A DNA stretch of 64,000 nt from Caecitellus pseudoparvulus (Eukaryota; Protista; Bigyra: Bicosoecida), in NCBI GenBank assembly GCA_965644315.1, contig CBFFRQ010000042.1, forward strand, positions 620,001 through 684,000, in the 5' to 3' direction. The position numbers were made by a program, and so were the translations under genes. Positions 11,363 through 22,962 of the stretch are shown here, piece after piece. The number at the start of each line of letters is the position of its first letter. Position 1 is the first letter of the stretch. The notes under the pieces were generated by a model. That model did not search any database and was not told where the DNA came from. It saw nothing but the letters and a program-made list of their open reading frames with translations.

Positions 11363-12204
11363 TCACTCTGGAAAGTCCGCGTGGTTGGCCTGCACCATGC
11401 CGACAATCATGCCGAAGATGCCCAGTGCCGAGCCGAAGATCTGCACAATGATGACCTTCATGAACAGCGACGAGTCGGCGGCGTCAGCGAGGGCGCAGCT
11501 GCTGCCCGCCACGCCCACACACACGCCACTGGCAAGGTTGGACAGGCCGACAGTGAGACCAGACCACAACACGGCATAGCCTGCGCAGGCACCGGGCAGC
11601 GCGAGGTGGGTTGGGCGGCGAGCGTGCTGTGTGAGGCGGCAGCCGCACCTGCGTAGCGGAACTGTGCAAAGTCGTAGTCAGGCGAGAACTGGCCGTCCAC
11701 AATGTGGGACTTCGCCAAGTTGACCTGTGGTCGTCCAGCGGAGAGGTGCTGTGGTGCGGCAGGCGGCGCACGCCAGCCCACGCACTTTGTTCATGAGGAT
11801 GATGGCCATGATGATGCCGTAGATGGCTGTGGCCTCGCAGAACACGACGCTGATGAGGTTCTTGCTGCGGATGCGTGGCGCCCTGATGGCTGCCGACAGG
11901 ATCGTGCTGCCTGTGATGAAAATGCCCCTGTGCAGGCAATGGGCAGAGGCCAGTGCATGCCAGGCGACGCTCGTCCTGCGGCAGGGTGCCTCACCAGGCG
12001 GCACCGATGATGCTGAGGCCGAAGCCCAAAGCAATGCCCAAGTATCCCAGCGTCAGGGGGGACACGTTGGCCCACACCTCGAACCAATCTGGGCAGCGGA
12101 GCGCGGGCAGGGGGTTGAGGTGCGGAATCTGAGCGCTGTCCAACCACTCGGGACGCACCTGCGTTGTGCAGGGGGAGTGCCCCGTCGGCAGCAAAGGTTT
12201 CCAT
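11363..12204 (-). CDS. ATP6V0B: V-ATPase V0 proteolipid subunit c''; join(complement 12204..12159,12088..11995,11927..11786,11724..11649,11580..11363)
   Basis: [50 protein letters not shown] and [19 protein letters not shown]. Four introns of 61-70 nt. Confidence 0.93.
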
Positions 12205-12415
12205 GGTCACCTGCTTCAATCCAGGAGGGGGCCGCCCAGTCCTGCCTCGTGGGCTGCTCTCCCGCAATGCAGCACTTCAGGTGGCACGGCAGTGCTCTGG
12301 TGCTGGTGCCGTGGGGACAGCGTGGGGGGGGGGGAGGGGGCGACAGCAGACTCCTTGTCGGCTGGTCATGTAGTAATTATGGATTTGGTGCCGGGCATGC
12401 AGTGCATGCCATGAT

Positions 12416-13448
12416 TCACCCTTGAGCAGCAGTCACGGCCACGGCGCCAGCACCAATGACTGCCTGGGCCGTGGCGCCTCGTGCGATTTTGAGTGAGAAG
12501 TCCAGCGTGTCGTAGCCCTGCGTCAGGCTGCCCATGGAAATGATGTCCACGTTGGGGTGGCAGTATGCTGGGAGGGTCTTGGTGGTGATGCCGCCGCTGG
12601 CCTCCACCATGACGTGGGGGTGCGCCGCCTTGAGCTTGCCAGCGTCCGCGATCATGCCTTCGGGGGAGTAGTTGTCCAGCATGATGACGTCTGCGCCGGC
12701 AGAGGCGGCCTCCAGGGCCTCCTCCAAGGACCGCGTCTCCACTTCGATCTTGCTGCTGAAGCCGGCGGCGGCGCGGGCGGCCTGCACGGCGCCGGTGATG
12801 GAGCCGGCCGACCAGATGTGGTTGTCCTTCAGCATAACCATGTGGGACAGGTCCATGCGGTGCGTGCTGGCGCCGCCCACCAGCAGGGCGTACTTCTCCA
12901 CCAGGCGGAAGCCCGGCGTGATCTTGCGAGTCCCAGCCACCTCCCCTTGCCACCCCTCGGCCTTGGCCGCCGTCACTGCGGCACGCGCGGCAGTGGCAAT
13001 GCCACTCGCACGGGTGAGGATGTTCAGGGCTGTTCGTTCCCCCAGCAGGATGTGCCGGGCAGGCCCCGTCACCTTGGCGACATGCACGGGCCCGGACTCG
13101 GGCGACACCTCATCCCCCTCGCTCTTGAACCACTCCACGGTGCACCCCAGCTGTGCAAACACCTCGTTGAAGAAGGGGGAACCAGCGAGCACGCCCTTGG
13201 ACTTGCCCAGCAACACGGCAGTCTCCTCCGACTCTGCGCGGCGATTCCGCAGCGGTTGCGTGGTTCGGTGCGGAATTCGAAGCTCAACGCCAACACGCCG
13301 CCGCACCTCCGACAACAAACCCGCCGACGTCAAAGGTGGGCGCGTCGTCCTTCAAGTACTGCGTGATGACTCCTTTCCAGAACGGGGGCAGGGTGTGCGA
13401 CCACTTCAGCCTGTCCTTGTCATACGTGTCTGGCGCGGTTGCTGCCAT
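12416..13448 (-). CDS. QPRT: Quinolinate phosphoribosyltransferase; join(complement 13448..13307,13233..12416)
   Basis: [54 protein letters not shown] and EASGG. One 73-nt intron. Confidence 0.95.
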
Positions 13449-13522
13449 GGCTGCACGGAGAGCGGCGACGGCGGAGTGCTCTGCACCGGCAGGGCGGCGA
13501 CTGGTGCATGTGGGTGCTGCAT

Positions 13523-15583
13523 TCACGCATCCCCGGCACTGCTGCGTTTGCGGCGGCGCTTCTTTTTGCTGGCCGCCGTGACTGCTGCCGCGGCAGCCGC
13601 CCCGTACGAGGCCAGGCGCGACTTGGACAGGCCAGGAGCCGCAGATGCCCCACTCGCGTCAGCCCCCTCACTGGCCGCTTCCTTGGCCTCCTTCCGCCTG
13701 CGCTTGCGCCCGCCGACTTTCTCTTTCTTTGGCTTGTCGGCCCCCTCCCCCGACGCCTTCTTGCTGGCCTTCTTCTCCTTCCGCGCCTTCCGCGCTTCCT
13801 TCTTGCGTGCTGCAGCTGCCGCCGCTGCCGCCGCCTCCGCCTCAGCAATGCTGGCGCGGACACGGGACGCAGCCATCGCTGCACGTTTGCCGGAGAGCCG
13901 GTACTCGCTGTCTCGGTACGGCGCCAGCTTCTTCAGCGGCACGAATTGGTTCAGGGTGGCGTCTGGCGCAGCCAGCAGCGTGGCGGTGTCCAGCCCGTAC
14001 GCGTTCTGCGGCACGCCTCTGTACTTGAACTTGGTCTTCAGCGTGCCCCCCGCGATGACGTCTTCGTACCCCAACTCGGCCTCCTTGTTCGCCACGGCGG
14101 CCTGCACCACAGCCCGGGAGGCAGCCGACAGCAAGGCCAGGCGCTCAGCCTCCTGGGCCTGGGCGTCCGTGTCCGGAGCAGGCTGGCTGGCCTCCCCATC
14201 GGAGCCGCCATCTTCCTCCTCTCCCGAGGCGGGGGGAGCAGCACCCCCCGCCGCATCGGGACCGGGTCCGCCGTCCTCCCCCTCATCCCCCTCCCCCCCC
14301 TCCTGCAGCATCCAGGCTGGAATGGTGGGCTTGCCATCCGGCCCCACGTCGTCCTCCTCCGCCGCCATGTAGTACTCCTGCCCGAAGGCGCCCGCCATGG
14401 CCGCGTCGAAGGCGCCCTCGTCCCAGTCCCCCCCTGCCACGGAGGCCAGGATGGAGGCGGCGGCCTCCTTGTCCAGGCCGTCGCCCGCCATGTCCAGCAG
14501 CTTGGCCACCGCCTTGGTCTCCTCCTCGCGCTTCAAATTGATCAGGCGCCGCGTCTCAGCCTCCCGCTCGGCCTTCTCTTCCTCCTTGCGCCGCGCCTTG
14601 GCCTCACGCTGCCGCTTGCGCTTGCTCTCCTTGCGGCGCAGGCCCCCGTCTTGGCTGCGGGGGTACGTCGCGATGTCAGCGCCGCCTGGCTCTTCGAAGC
14701 GGAAGTTGTACGCCGCTTCGAACGCGTCGGCTGCATCCAGTTCGTCGGCGTCCTCCTCCAGCTCCGCGTCCTCGTCCTCCTCGCCACCCTCCGCCTCCCA
14801 CGCACGGGTGGCGGTGAACCACTTGAGGTAGTCCTGCGCCTTGTCTGACAGGGCGCCACTGGAGGCTGCAGCGGGGTTCAGCACGTCGTCGTCTGAGATG
14901 GGGGGGGGGGCGGACGACACCCCCCCTGCCCAGGCACGCGCAGAGGCCACCACCTCCGGGTCCACGCCGCCCTCCCCGTCCTCGTCGTCGCTGCTGCCAG
15001 CACCCGCCTGCACGGGTCGCTTCACCAGGAAGTCGTCGTCGTCGTCCTCCCCACCCTGCACCTCTGCACCGGCGCCAGCGGACAGCACCGCGTCGCGCAG
15101 CGCCGCCTGCTCCGCGTCGTACATCTTGTCGCCCATGTGCACGGCGGACTGCTTGTCATCGAAGGCGTCCGAACGGCCTGTGGCAGCTGCTTCCAGCACC
15201 TGGCTGCGCACGATGTCAGCGGCAGTGGTCTTCTTTCGACGCTGGCTGGGCGTTTCGGAGCCTGCCTTGTCTCCACTGTCCTCTTCCGGCGCCTTGAAGA
15301 AGTGCGCGTCTTTCTGGTAAATGGAGGGGTCCTTCTTCTTGATCAGGTTCAAGACGTGCATGACCTTCAGGGACTCCGCCTTGCTGATGGCGACGTCGTC
15401 GTCGTCGTCTGAGCTGCTCTCCTCGTCTTGCACCACCTCCCCCCGCTCGTCCAGAAGACCTGCTTCACGAGCCTGGGCCAGCTCTTGCCGCCTCTTGCGA
15501 TCATGATAAGCCTCGGCCCACTTTTTGTTCACCTGGAAGTCGCCCAACTCCCCGCCGTCCACATCATCGAAGAGGGTGGCCAT
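13523..15583 (-). CDS. KRI1: KRI1 40S ribosome biogenesis factor
   Basis: IKKKDPSIY, AYNFRFEEP, TYPR and the C-terminal KFKYRGV..YGL..LNQFVPLKKLAPY. Acidic; intronless. Confidence 0.92.
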   Translation of the reverse strand: MATLFDDVDGGELGDFQVNKKWAEAYHDRKRRQELAQAREAGLLDERGEVVQDEESSSDDDDDVAISKAESLKVMHVLNLIKKKDPSIYQKDAHFFKAPEEDSGDKAGSETPSQRRKKTTAADIVRSQVLEAAATGRSDAFDDKQSAVHMGDKMYDAEQAALRDAVLSAGAGAEVQGGEDDDDDFLVKRPVQAGAGSSDDEDGEGGVDPEVVASARAWAGGVSSAPPPISDDDVLNPAAASSGALSDKAQDYLKWFTATRAWEAEGGEEDEDAELEEDADELDAADAFEAAYNFRFEEPGGADIATYPRSQDGGLRRKESKRKRQREAKARRKEEEKAEREAETRRLINLKREEETKAVAKLLDMAGDGLDKEAAASILASVAGGDWDEGAFDAAMAGAFGQEYYMAAEEDDVGPDGKPTIPAWMLQEGGEGDEGEDGGPGPDAAGGAAPPASGEEEDGGSDGEASQPAPDTDAQAQEAERLALLSAASRAVVQAAVANKEAELGYEDVIAGGTLKTKFKYRGVPQNAYGLDTATLLAAPDATLNQFVPLKKLAPYRDSEYRLSGKRAAMAASRVRASIAEAEAAAAAAAAARKKEARKARKEKKASKKASGEGADKPKKEKVGGRKRRRKEAKEAASEGADASGASAAPGLSKSRLASYGAAAAAAVTAASKKKRRRKRSSAGDA

Positions 15584-15740
15584 TGCGAAACGCCCACGAA
15601 ACGCAGGAACAACCCTTGACCCCCCCCCCACGAGAGGGCTCCACAATGGGCAGCGTGGTCACGTGTCACACTTAAAATTGAACCGATGTCATGGAACAGG
15701 AGGCCTTGAGTTTTGGCACACGGCACGCCTTTCAGGCAGC

Positions 15741-16797
15741 ATGGCGACTGTTCGAAGAGCTGGCCTGGCCGGCGCACGCACGCTGCACTTGGCCCACGCT
15801 CAGGGCGTGCAGCCGTGGCTGGAGGTGACACCCCAGCGCATCCTGCAGGACAACTATACATACCTGCTACATGATGCCGTGTCTCAGGCTGGCTGCATCG
15901 TGGACCCCGGCGAACCAGGTGCGCTGGAGGAGCCTCTCAGCCGTGCTGGCCCCCACCACACGCCCCCTTGTCACACGCCCTGCTGCAGATGCGTCCCAGG
16001 GCGGCTTGGTGCCCGCCTTCAGCGGCGAACTGGAGGCAGTGTGGTGCACGCACCACCACTGGGACCACGTGGACGGCGCAGTGCCCCTGGCAGGCGCCTT
16101 CCCCGGCCTGCGCGTGCTGGCGCCACGCGACTCGTCCCCCATCCCCGGCGCCACACACACCGTGGGCGCCGGGGAAGGCCTGGACCTGGCGGGGCGAGAA
16201 GTGGGCCGCATCCTGTCCGGCGGCGGCGCGCACACGCAGGGGCATGTCATGTTCCTGGTGGGGGAGGGGCAGGGGGGCGTGGTGCTGGCGGGGCACACCT
16301 TCTCCTGCCTGCTGCTGGCGGGGGACGTGCTGTTCCCACAGGGCGCCGGGCGCTGGTTCGAAGGCACGGCGCAGGATTTCTACAGGGCCGTGTGGGGCAT
16401 GGCCAAGGCCTTGCCTGGGGACGCCTTGCTGTGCACTGGGCACGACTACAGCGCCGGCAACGCGGCCTTTGCGGCGGCGGTGGGGTGCCCGCCGCCGCCA
16501 CGCGAGGGGGCCCTGCAGGACGCCCCCCCCTCCGTGACCACCTGGCAGGAGGAGGTGGCGGGGAACCCCTTCCTGCGCTTCCTGGATGCGGACGTGCAGG
16601 GCAGGGTGGTGCAGCGCCTGTCTGGTTCGTCTCACGGGGTGGTGCAGGCGGCGTGCGAGGAGCTGGGGGGCGTCGCGTGCCCCACCTCCCCTGCCGCCTA
16701 CCGAGCCACACTGGAGAGCCTGACGCCGCGGCAGACACAGGCGGCCTGTGTCGTGCTGGGTGCGCTGCGTGCATTGAAGAACGGCGAGGTGGGTTGA
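15741..16797 (+). CDS. HAGH: Hydroxyacylglutathione hydrolase (glyoxalase II, metallo-beta-lactamase fold); join(15741..15918,15989..16797)
   Basis: DNYTYLL, VDPGE, THHHWDH, HTQGH, GDVLF..GAGRWFEG, GHDY and E..GNPFLR. One 70-nt intron. Confidence 0.88.
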
Positions 16798-16801
16798 GCC
16801 C

Positions 16802-19508
16802 TCACCCGGCCTTCTTGGCTTTCTTGGCCTTCTTGGAGGAGCCCTCAGCCTTCTTGGCTTTCTTGGCCTTCTTGGCACCGCTGCTGGCGGCGTCCTTGGA
16901 ACTTGCCTTCTTGGCCTTCTTGCCCTTCTTCTTGCTCTTGCGGGAGGCCTTGCCGCCGCCGCCGCCGCCAGTCAGGTCGATGCCGGCCAGTGCATCGTCG
17001 CCGCCTTCGCCACCTTCCCCGTCGCCGTCCTCCTCAGAGTCATCGTCGCCCATCTCCACGACGTACTTGACGCCGGCCGGCGCGGCAGGCAGAGGCGCGC
17101 TGGTGGCCAAGGCGGACGTCGGGGAGGATGGCTGCAGCTCGCCGATGTCCAGCGTCTCCAGAGGGATGTCTGCCACGGTGGGCGTTGCGGCAGGCGCTGC
17201 GTCTCCCAGCATGAATACACTGCTCTCCCCCGACGCCTTCTTGGCCTTCTTGCTCTTCTTGCCCTTCTTGCTCTTCTTCTTGCCCTTGCGGGACGACTTG
17301 CCGGCCAGCTCCCCAAACAGGTCATCGTCGCTGTCGCCGCGCAGGTCACCAGCCAGGTCGGCCTGGCTCAGGCCCTCCTCGCCGCCAGTGGAGTACGCCT
17401 CCTCGAAGGACACGTAGGGGGCAGCGCCTGCAGGGTCCCCTGCTGAGTCTGCCCACACCTCAGCTGTGGACGGCACAATGGGTGCGTCCAGGTCCAAGCC
17501 CTCAGGCACCGCCACGCGCTTGACAGCCTTGGCACTGACCGCCTTGAGCGGCTCGATAACGGTGCTGGCCACCACCTGCACCAGGGCGGTGAGGGCGGCC
17601 ACCTGGTCCACCACAGGCGTCTGGCTGTGCACCCCACACGCCTCCAGCAGGGCCCGCAGCACGCCACTACGCTCCTGCACTGCCACATGTGACGAGCGCA
17701 GGAAGGCCCCCAGGCGGTCGTGCAGCGTCGTGGCGGTGGACGTGGCAGCGGCCAGGCTGTCCTCGTCCCCAGCTGCCAGGGCGGCGTGCCCTGTCACCAG
17801 CAGCACCTTGCCGGCGCACTGTACGTAGCTGGCCTGCACGTGGGCAGGCAGGCCCTGGGTGGTGGGCGCCAGCAGCGCCGTCAGCACTGCCTCCCGCATG
17901 CCGTCTGGGATGAGGGGGGCATACTCCCCCACGATCCAGGCGGCAGCGAAGAGCACCTCCGCAGTGGTGCCCGTGGACGCCGCCGCCAGGGCGCGGTCCT
18001 CCAGCAGGGGCAGCACGGCTTGCACGGCGTAACCGCGCACAGCCTCCACACGCACCGCCACGTCCAGCAGTTGGGCGGCGATGGTGGGCGCGTGCTCCTC
18101 GCTCTGGCAGTGCGCCAGCTTCACCAGCACTGACACGTACCAGGCGAAGTCCAGGAGGAAGGCGTACTTGTCCCGGGAGCACATGAAGATGATCTTGCCC
18201 ACGAGGGCGTCCCGGTAGTACCCCTCGGCAGCTGCGACGTGGTCCACGAGGCGGGTGATGACCTCCACCAGGTTGCGCTTGGTGACCATGCCCGTCAGCA
18301 GTTCCAGGGCCTGCAGGCGAATGGTGACGTCGTCGTCCATGAGGCAGGTCAGCACTTGCTCCCGGTGCTCCGCCACCACCCGCGGGTGAGACCGCATGAG
18401 CTTGGTGAGGCCCACCAGGCCCAGGTACTTCAGGTTCTGGTCTGCTTCGCTGAGCAGCTCCCGCAGGCGGTCAGTGCACAGGCGCACGACGGCAGGGACG
18501 TTCTTGGCGTCGCTGCCGTCAGCGCGCTTGGTGAACAGCAGCGCCTCCGTGACAGTGTTGATGCACTCGTACATGAGGGACTTGGCGGGCGTGTTCTGGA
18601 TGATGTTGGCGAGGGGCTCCAGCAGCTTGCGCGCCAGGCGGGGCTCCTGGGACACCAGGCTGCCCATGAGCTTGGCCACCTTGATGAGCATCCAGTTGTT
18701 GGCAGAGCCGACGAGGATCTTGAACAGGTCGGGGGCCAGGGACAGGTAGTTGCTGGGCTTCTTGCGGGCCAGCTCGCAGATGACGTTCACCGCGCAGGAC
18801 AGGACAGACGGGTTGTCGTCTGTCAGGCGCCGCTTCAAGTGGTCAAAGGCCATGCGGAGGCCCTCTGGGTACGCCAGGAACATGCGGTACAGCACCAGGG
18901 TGGCCTTCTTGCGGATGTAGGGGCGGGTGGAGGTGAGCATGGTGACGACGTCGGGCAGCAGGGCTTGGGCCAGGTCGGGCGTGACGATGTTGGCGAGGGA
19001 GTTGATGGCCAGGCCGATGGCGAACTGGTTGGGGCTCTGGAAGTCCCGCTTCAGCTGCTGTGTGCACAGCACCAGCACGTCCGTCTTCTCGTCAAACGAC
19101 AGCGCACACGCCAGGGCCCCGATGCGCTTGAACTCGAAGCGCTCCTGTGTCAGCAACTCGATGATGTGGAAGGCAGCCCATCTCATGTCTTGGCCATGCA
19201 GAGTCAGCTGGGGAGGGGGAGGGCAGGGCGCAGAAGGTGCGGCGTGGTGCTGCTGCGTCTCTGCGTGCATGCAGCTCACATAGGTCAGCTTCTGCACCGC
19301 CAAGGCCTTGGTCTTGAAGTCGCGGGACTTGATGTCTTCCCGGATGCCTTGCACCGCTGCTGAAATGTACGCCGTCTCGTCATCGGCGTTGCGGATGCCC
19401 TTCACAAGGTCTGCGAAGGGACTCCACGAGCGGAGGTGTGCTCCCTGCTGCAGTGCACTTGGTGCGCCCGCTGCACGCACCCTGCATGCTGCGCCTGAAG
19501 AGGTCCAT
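16802..19508 (-). CDS. AP3D1: AP-3 complex subunit delta; join(complement 19508..19481,19410..19280,19207..16802)
   Basis: MDLFRRSMQDLVKGIR, WAAFHIIE, RPYIRKKA, NNWMLIK, EPRLARKL, DQNLKYLGL, AAWIVGEY and VPEGLDLD. Introns of 70 and 72 nt. Confidence 0.95.
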
Positions 19509-20021
19509 GGCGGGCACACTCGTCACAGGCAGCAGAAGTTACACTGCAGTGCTACTACTGATGCCTTCACTGGAGCAGCGGGCTGAGGCACAGGTGGGGG
19601 GCGGAGCTGGGAGTCGAGCCAGCCGCGTTGGGGCTGCTGGGCTGGCGGCTCAAGCGGCACGCCAGACAGCTGCTGGTGGGCAGGCAACGGCTGCGCGCTC
19701 GGGGAACGCGCGGCTTGCTGAGGGTGCTGAACGACACACGTCGGGTTTTGTCGGTGGGTTTGCGGTGGCACATGGCTGGCTCGGTGCCATGCAGACGCTC
19801 CGCAGCAATGCTGATTGGAGCAGAGGTTGGACTGCAGGACATTCGACCAAAACCCACCCACTCTTGAACACGCCCACGCCACGTTTGATTGCCCTCTTCG
19901 GCGTGTGCTTGTGCCTGCGCCGTGCAGCGTGTCAGGGAGTGTGGGCTGTCTGGCACATGTTCCGCAGGCCAATTTCCGCGAGTTCACGCAGACTGTGATT
20001 GGGACTCTGCCTGACATCACC

Positions 20022-22910
20022 ATGGCCAAGCCGTTCAGCAGCTGGACCCGACTGCATAGCAGCACAGGCTGCTACACTGGTGGCCGCCTCGTTGCCTCTG
20101 AGTGGGTGCACGGCGAATGCCTGCTCACGGTGGCTGGCGCCGAGCTCATGGCGCTGGACATTGCCAGCGGCCAGGCGGCACCCGTCGACCAGCCAGAGCA
20201 AGAAGAAGCATCAGCGCCCACAAAGGCAGCTGCATCTGGTGGCGGTGACGGTGCTGGCGCGATTCTGGCGGGTGATGACATCAGCGCCACCGCTGCAGCC
20301 GGCTCCCGCGCCGTCTGTGTGCATGCCTCTGGCCGCCTGGTGGTCCGCGACACAGCCTCAGGGGCCATCACCCGCACCATCAAGGCCCCTGCTTCTGTCG
20401 TCTCGTGTGCTGCCATGGACCGCTCCGGGCGGTACGTGGCTGTGGGCACGTCCACAGGCACGGTGGGTGTGTGGGACGCCGCGTCAGGCAGCGCCACACA
20501 CTCCATCAAGGACGGCCTGCCCAAGCCAGGGCACGTCACGCACGTGGCGTTCCACCCCGGCGCCGGCCTGGGCATGCTGCTCATCGGCATGGAGAGCGGG
20601 CATGTCGCGCTGTACGACCTCATGGCCCGCCGCATGGCCGCCGTGGCGGGGGAACACTTCAGCGCCGTGACGGGGTTCGCGGCGTCTCCCTGCGGCTCGG
20701 GCCTGGTTAGCGCGGGGCGGGACGGCGTGCTGAACATCTGGGCGACGCCTGCCCGCGAAGCAGGCGCACGCGCCGCCGCCTCCCTCACCCTCAAGGGCTC
20801 CATCCCCGCGGGGGCCAGTGTCGAGGTGCTGGCCCCGCTGCACGCCGCGCCAGGCAGCCAGGCCGAGCCAGCCTGCTCCACTGCATTTGTGACGGCGGGC
20901 GAGAATGGCCACGCGGCACAGTGGTGCCTGTCCGTCAAGGGCGGCGTTCCCCGCCTGGCAAAGGTGGGCCAGCTGCCCCTGCCGCCCTTCCTCGCGGCTG
21001 GCTCAGATGCCAGTCGTGCCGTCGTCACCGCTGCCGCGCTGGGCATGCCAGCGGCAGCCCGCCAGGCTGCTGCACCCCCCGCCCCTGAGGACTTTGCCTC
21101 CACGCTGGTGCTGGCAACGGCTGCCCACATGTTGCTGGTGTTCGACGTGGCGGGTGACGCCACGTCAGGCACTGCCACCGTGACCCCCCGCCACTGCCTG
21201 CCTGGCTTCAATGACCAAGTGCTGGGTGCGGCGCCCTTGCCCGTGTGGCAGGCAGCGGCGCCCCCCCCGCCCGGCCCCCTTGCGGAGGCCCTGAGCAGCG
21301 GCCAGGCGGCTGCCGTGGTCACGAACAGTGAGCTGGTGCAGCTGGTGGACGTGCGGAGCAACGCGACGACCTTCATGGCTGGGCACAGCGACATGGCGCT
21401 GTGTGTCGCTGCCTCGGCGGACGGGGCGTTCATCGCGACGGGCAGCAAGGACGCCACTGTGCGGCTGTGGAGCACAGGCACTGCCGAGTGCGTGGGGGTG
21501 GGGGAGGGCCACGTGGACGGCGTGGGGGCCGTGGCGTTGCCGGTGAAGGTGGCCACGCGCGGTGGGGCACCCCTGCGCGCCCCTGCCTGGCTGGCCTCTG
21601 CGGCAAAGGACCTGACGCTGAAGGTGTGGCGCCCCACGGGCCGCGGGCGGCTGGAGGGCGCTGTGACGGTCAAGGCCCACACCAAGGACATCAATGCCAT
21701 CGCTGTGGCACCCAACGACCAGCTCCTGGCCACTGCCTCTGCAGACAAGTCTGTCAAGCTGTGGCGCCTGCCTGACCTGCAGCTGGTTGGCACGCTGACA
21801 GGGCACAAGCGAGGCGTGTGGAGCGCCGCCTTCTCACCCACGGAGCAGGTGCTGGCGACGGCCAGCAGCGACACGACGGTGCGGGTGTGGGACTTGGCCA
21901 CGACGACCTGCTTGACCACGCTGGAGGGCCACGGCGTGTCGGTGCTGTCGCTTGTGTGGCTGCCGGGGGGTGGCCACATCGCCTCGGCCGCCGGCGACGG
22001 CACTGTGAAGGTGTGGGCGGTGAAGGGCGCGGAGTGCCTGCACACGGCAGCCGCCCACGAAGACCGTGTGTGGAGTGTGGCGGTCATGCCCCCTAGGGAG
22101 GGCGCGCCCACGCAGCTGCTGACGGCGGGCGGTGACAGCGCCGTGCACGTGTGGGGCGACACCACCAAGGAAGCGGTGGCGGAGGCTGCGCAGGAGGCCG
22201 CGGCAGACGCCGAGAAGAAGCAGGCTCTGTTCAACGCCATGTTCAGCCGGCGGTACGGCGACGCCATCGCTCTGTGTCTGGACCTGGGCTTCCGGGGGCG
22301 CCTGCGCGACATTGTGATGGAGGTGACGTCTGTGGGCATCACCCCCGCACAGACGGTGGCCAAGCAGCCAACGCCAGCGCCTGCTGTGACAGGGCACCTG
22401 TCTGAGGCTGCAGTGGGCCCCTTGCCCACTGCCTGGCACGCCGCTGTTGCAGGTGAGGTGGCAGCTCTGGATGGCGAGGCAGCAGAGGCGGCGCTGCCCC
22501 TGGCGCCACCCCCCGGCGCTGGCAGTGGCAAGGGCGCGGAGCATGGCATCGCACTGCTGGCCGCTGTGCTGGAGGGACTGTCCATGGACCAGTTGGAGGC
22601 GCTGGTGGGGCATGTTCGGTCGTGGGTCACGCAAGGCCGCACGGCCTACATCGCCACCCTGCTGCTGGGCCTGCTGCTGACCACCCTGCCCCAGGCAGTG
22701 CTGCACTCCATTCCAGGCCTGCCCCACACGGTCTTCGCTGCTGCGCCGTACTTGAAGCGCCACGCCCAGCGCTACGAGCGCCTGCTGCAGCGGTCCTACG
22801 TGCTGGGCTTCCTGCAGGCGCAGGGCTCAGGTGCCGGCGCACTGGGCGGCGCAAAGCGCGCTGCCTCGCCAGAGCCAGCTGCGCGGGACAAGAAGCCGAG
22901 GCTCGCGTAG
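20022..22910 (+). CDS. TBL3: WD40 U3 snoRNP protein TBL3/UTP13
   Basis: YTGG N-terminus, many WD repeats (AHTKDINAIAVAPND, GHKRGVWS) and a Utp13-like helical C-terminus (PYLKRHAQRYERL..SY.L.F). Confidence 0.88.
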   Translation: MAKPFSSWTRLHSSTGCYTGGRLVASEWVHGECLLTVAGAELMALDIASGQAAPVDQPEQEEASAPTKAAASGGGDGAGAILAGDDISATAAAGSRAVCVHASGRLVVRDTASGAITRTIKAPASVVSCAAMDRSGRYVAVGTSTGTVGVWDAASGSATHSIKDGLPKPGHVTHVAFHPGAGLGMLLIGMESGHVALYDLMARRMAAVAGEHFSAVTGFAASPCGSGLVSAGRDGVLNIWATPAREAGARAAASLTLKGSIPAGASVEVLAPLHAAPGSQAEPACSTAFVTAGENGHAAQWCLSVKGGVPRLAKVGQLPLPPFLAAGSDASRAVVTAAALGMPAAARQAAAPPAPEDFASTLVLATAAHMLLVFDVAGDATSGTATVTPRHCLPGFNDQVLGAAPLPVWQAAAPPPPGPLAEALSSGQAAAVVTNSELVQLVDVRSNATTFMAGHSDMALCVAASADGAFIATGSKDATVRLWSTGTAECVGVGEGHVDGVGAVALPVKVATRGGAPLRAPAWLASAAKDLTLKVWRPTGRGRLEGAVTVKAHTKDINAIAVAPNDQLLATASADKSVKLWRLPDLQLVGTLTGHKRGVWSAAFSPTEQVLATASSDTTVRVWDLATTTCLTTLEGHGVSVLSLVWLPGGGHIASAAGDGTVKVWAVKGAECLHTAAAHEDRVWSVAVMPPREGAPTQLLTAGGDSAVHVWGDTTKEAVAEAAQEAAADAEKKQALFNAMFSRRYGDAIALCLDLGFRGRLRDIVMEVTSVGITPAQTVAKQPTPAPAVTGHLSEAAVGPLPTAWHAAVAGEVAALDGEAAEAALPLAPPPGAGSGKGAEHGIALLAAVLEGLSMDQLEALVGHVRSWVTQGRTAYIATLLLGLLLTTLPQAVLHSIPGLPHTVFAAAPYLKRHAQRYERLLQRSYVLGFLQAQGSGAGALGGAKRAASPEPAARDKKPRLA

Positions 22911-22962
22911 GGTGCATTGCAGGGGACATATCAAATACACAGACAGGTGTAGCGGGCGGCTG

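Noticed and set aside
12324-12340. G-run upstream of the V-ATPase c'' gene as a G-quadruplex regulator
   Set aside because: Homopolymer G/C runs occur elsewhere in this GC-rich window and are prone to assembly error.
20072-22642. 856-aa antisense ORF, and similar long shadow ORFs at 12672-14372, 41622-43298, 44305-46176 and 46962-48854
   Set aside because: They mirror well-supported genes on the other strand. High GC3 codon usage suppresses antisense stops, and they contain no recognisable motifs.
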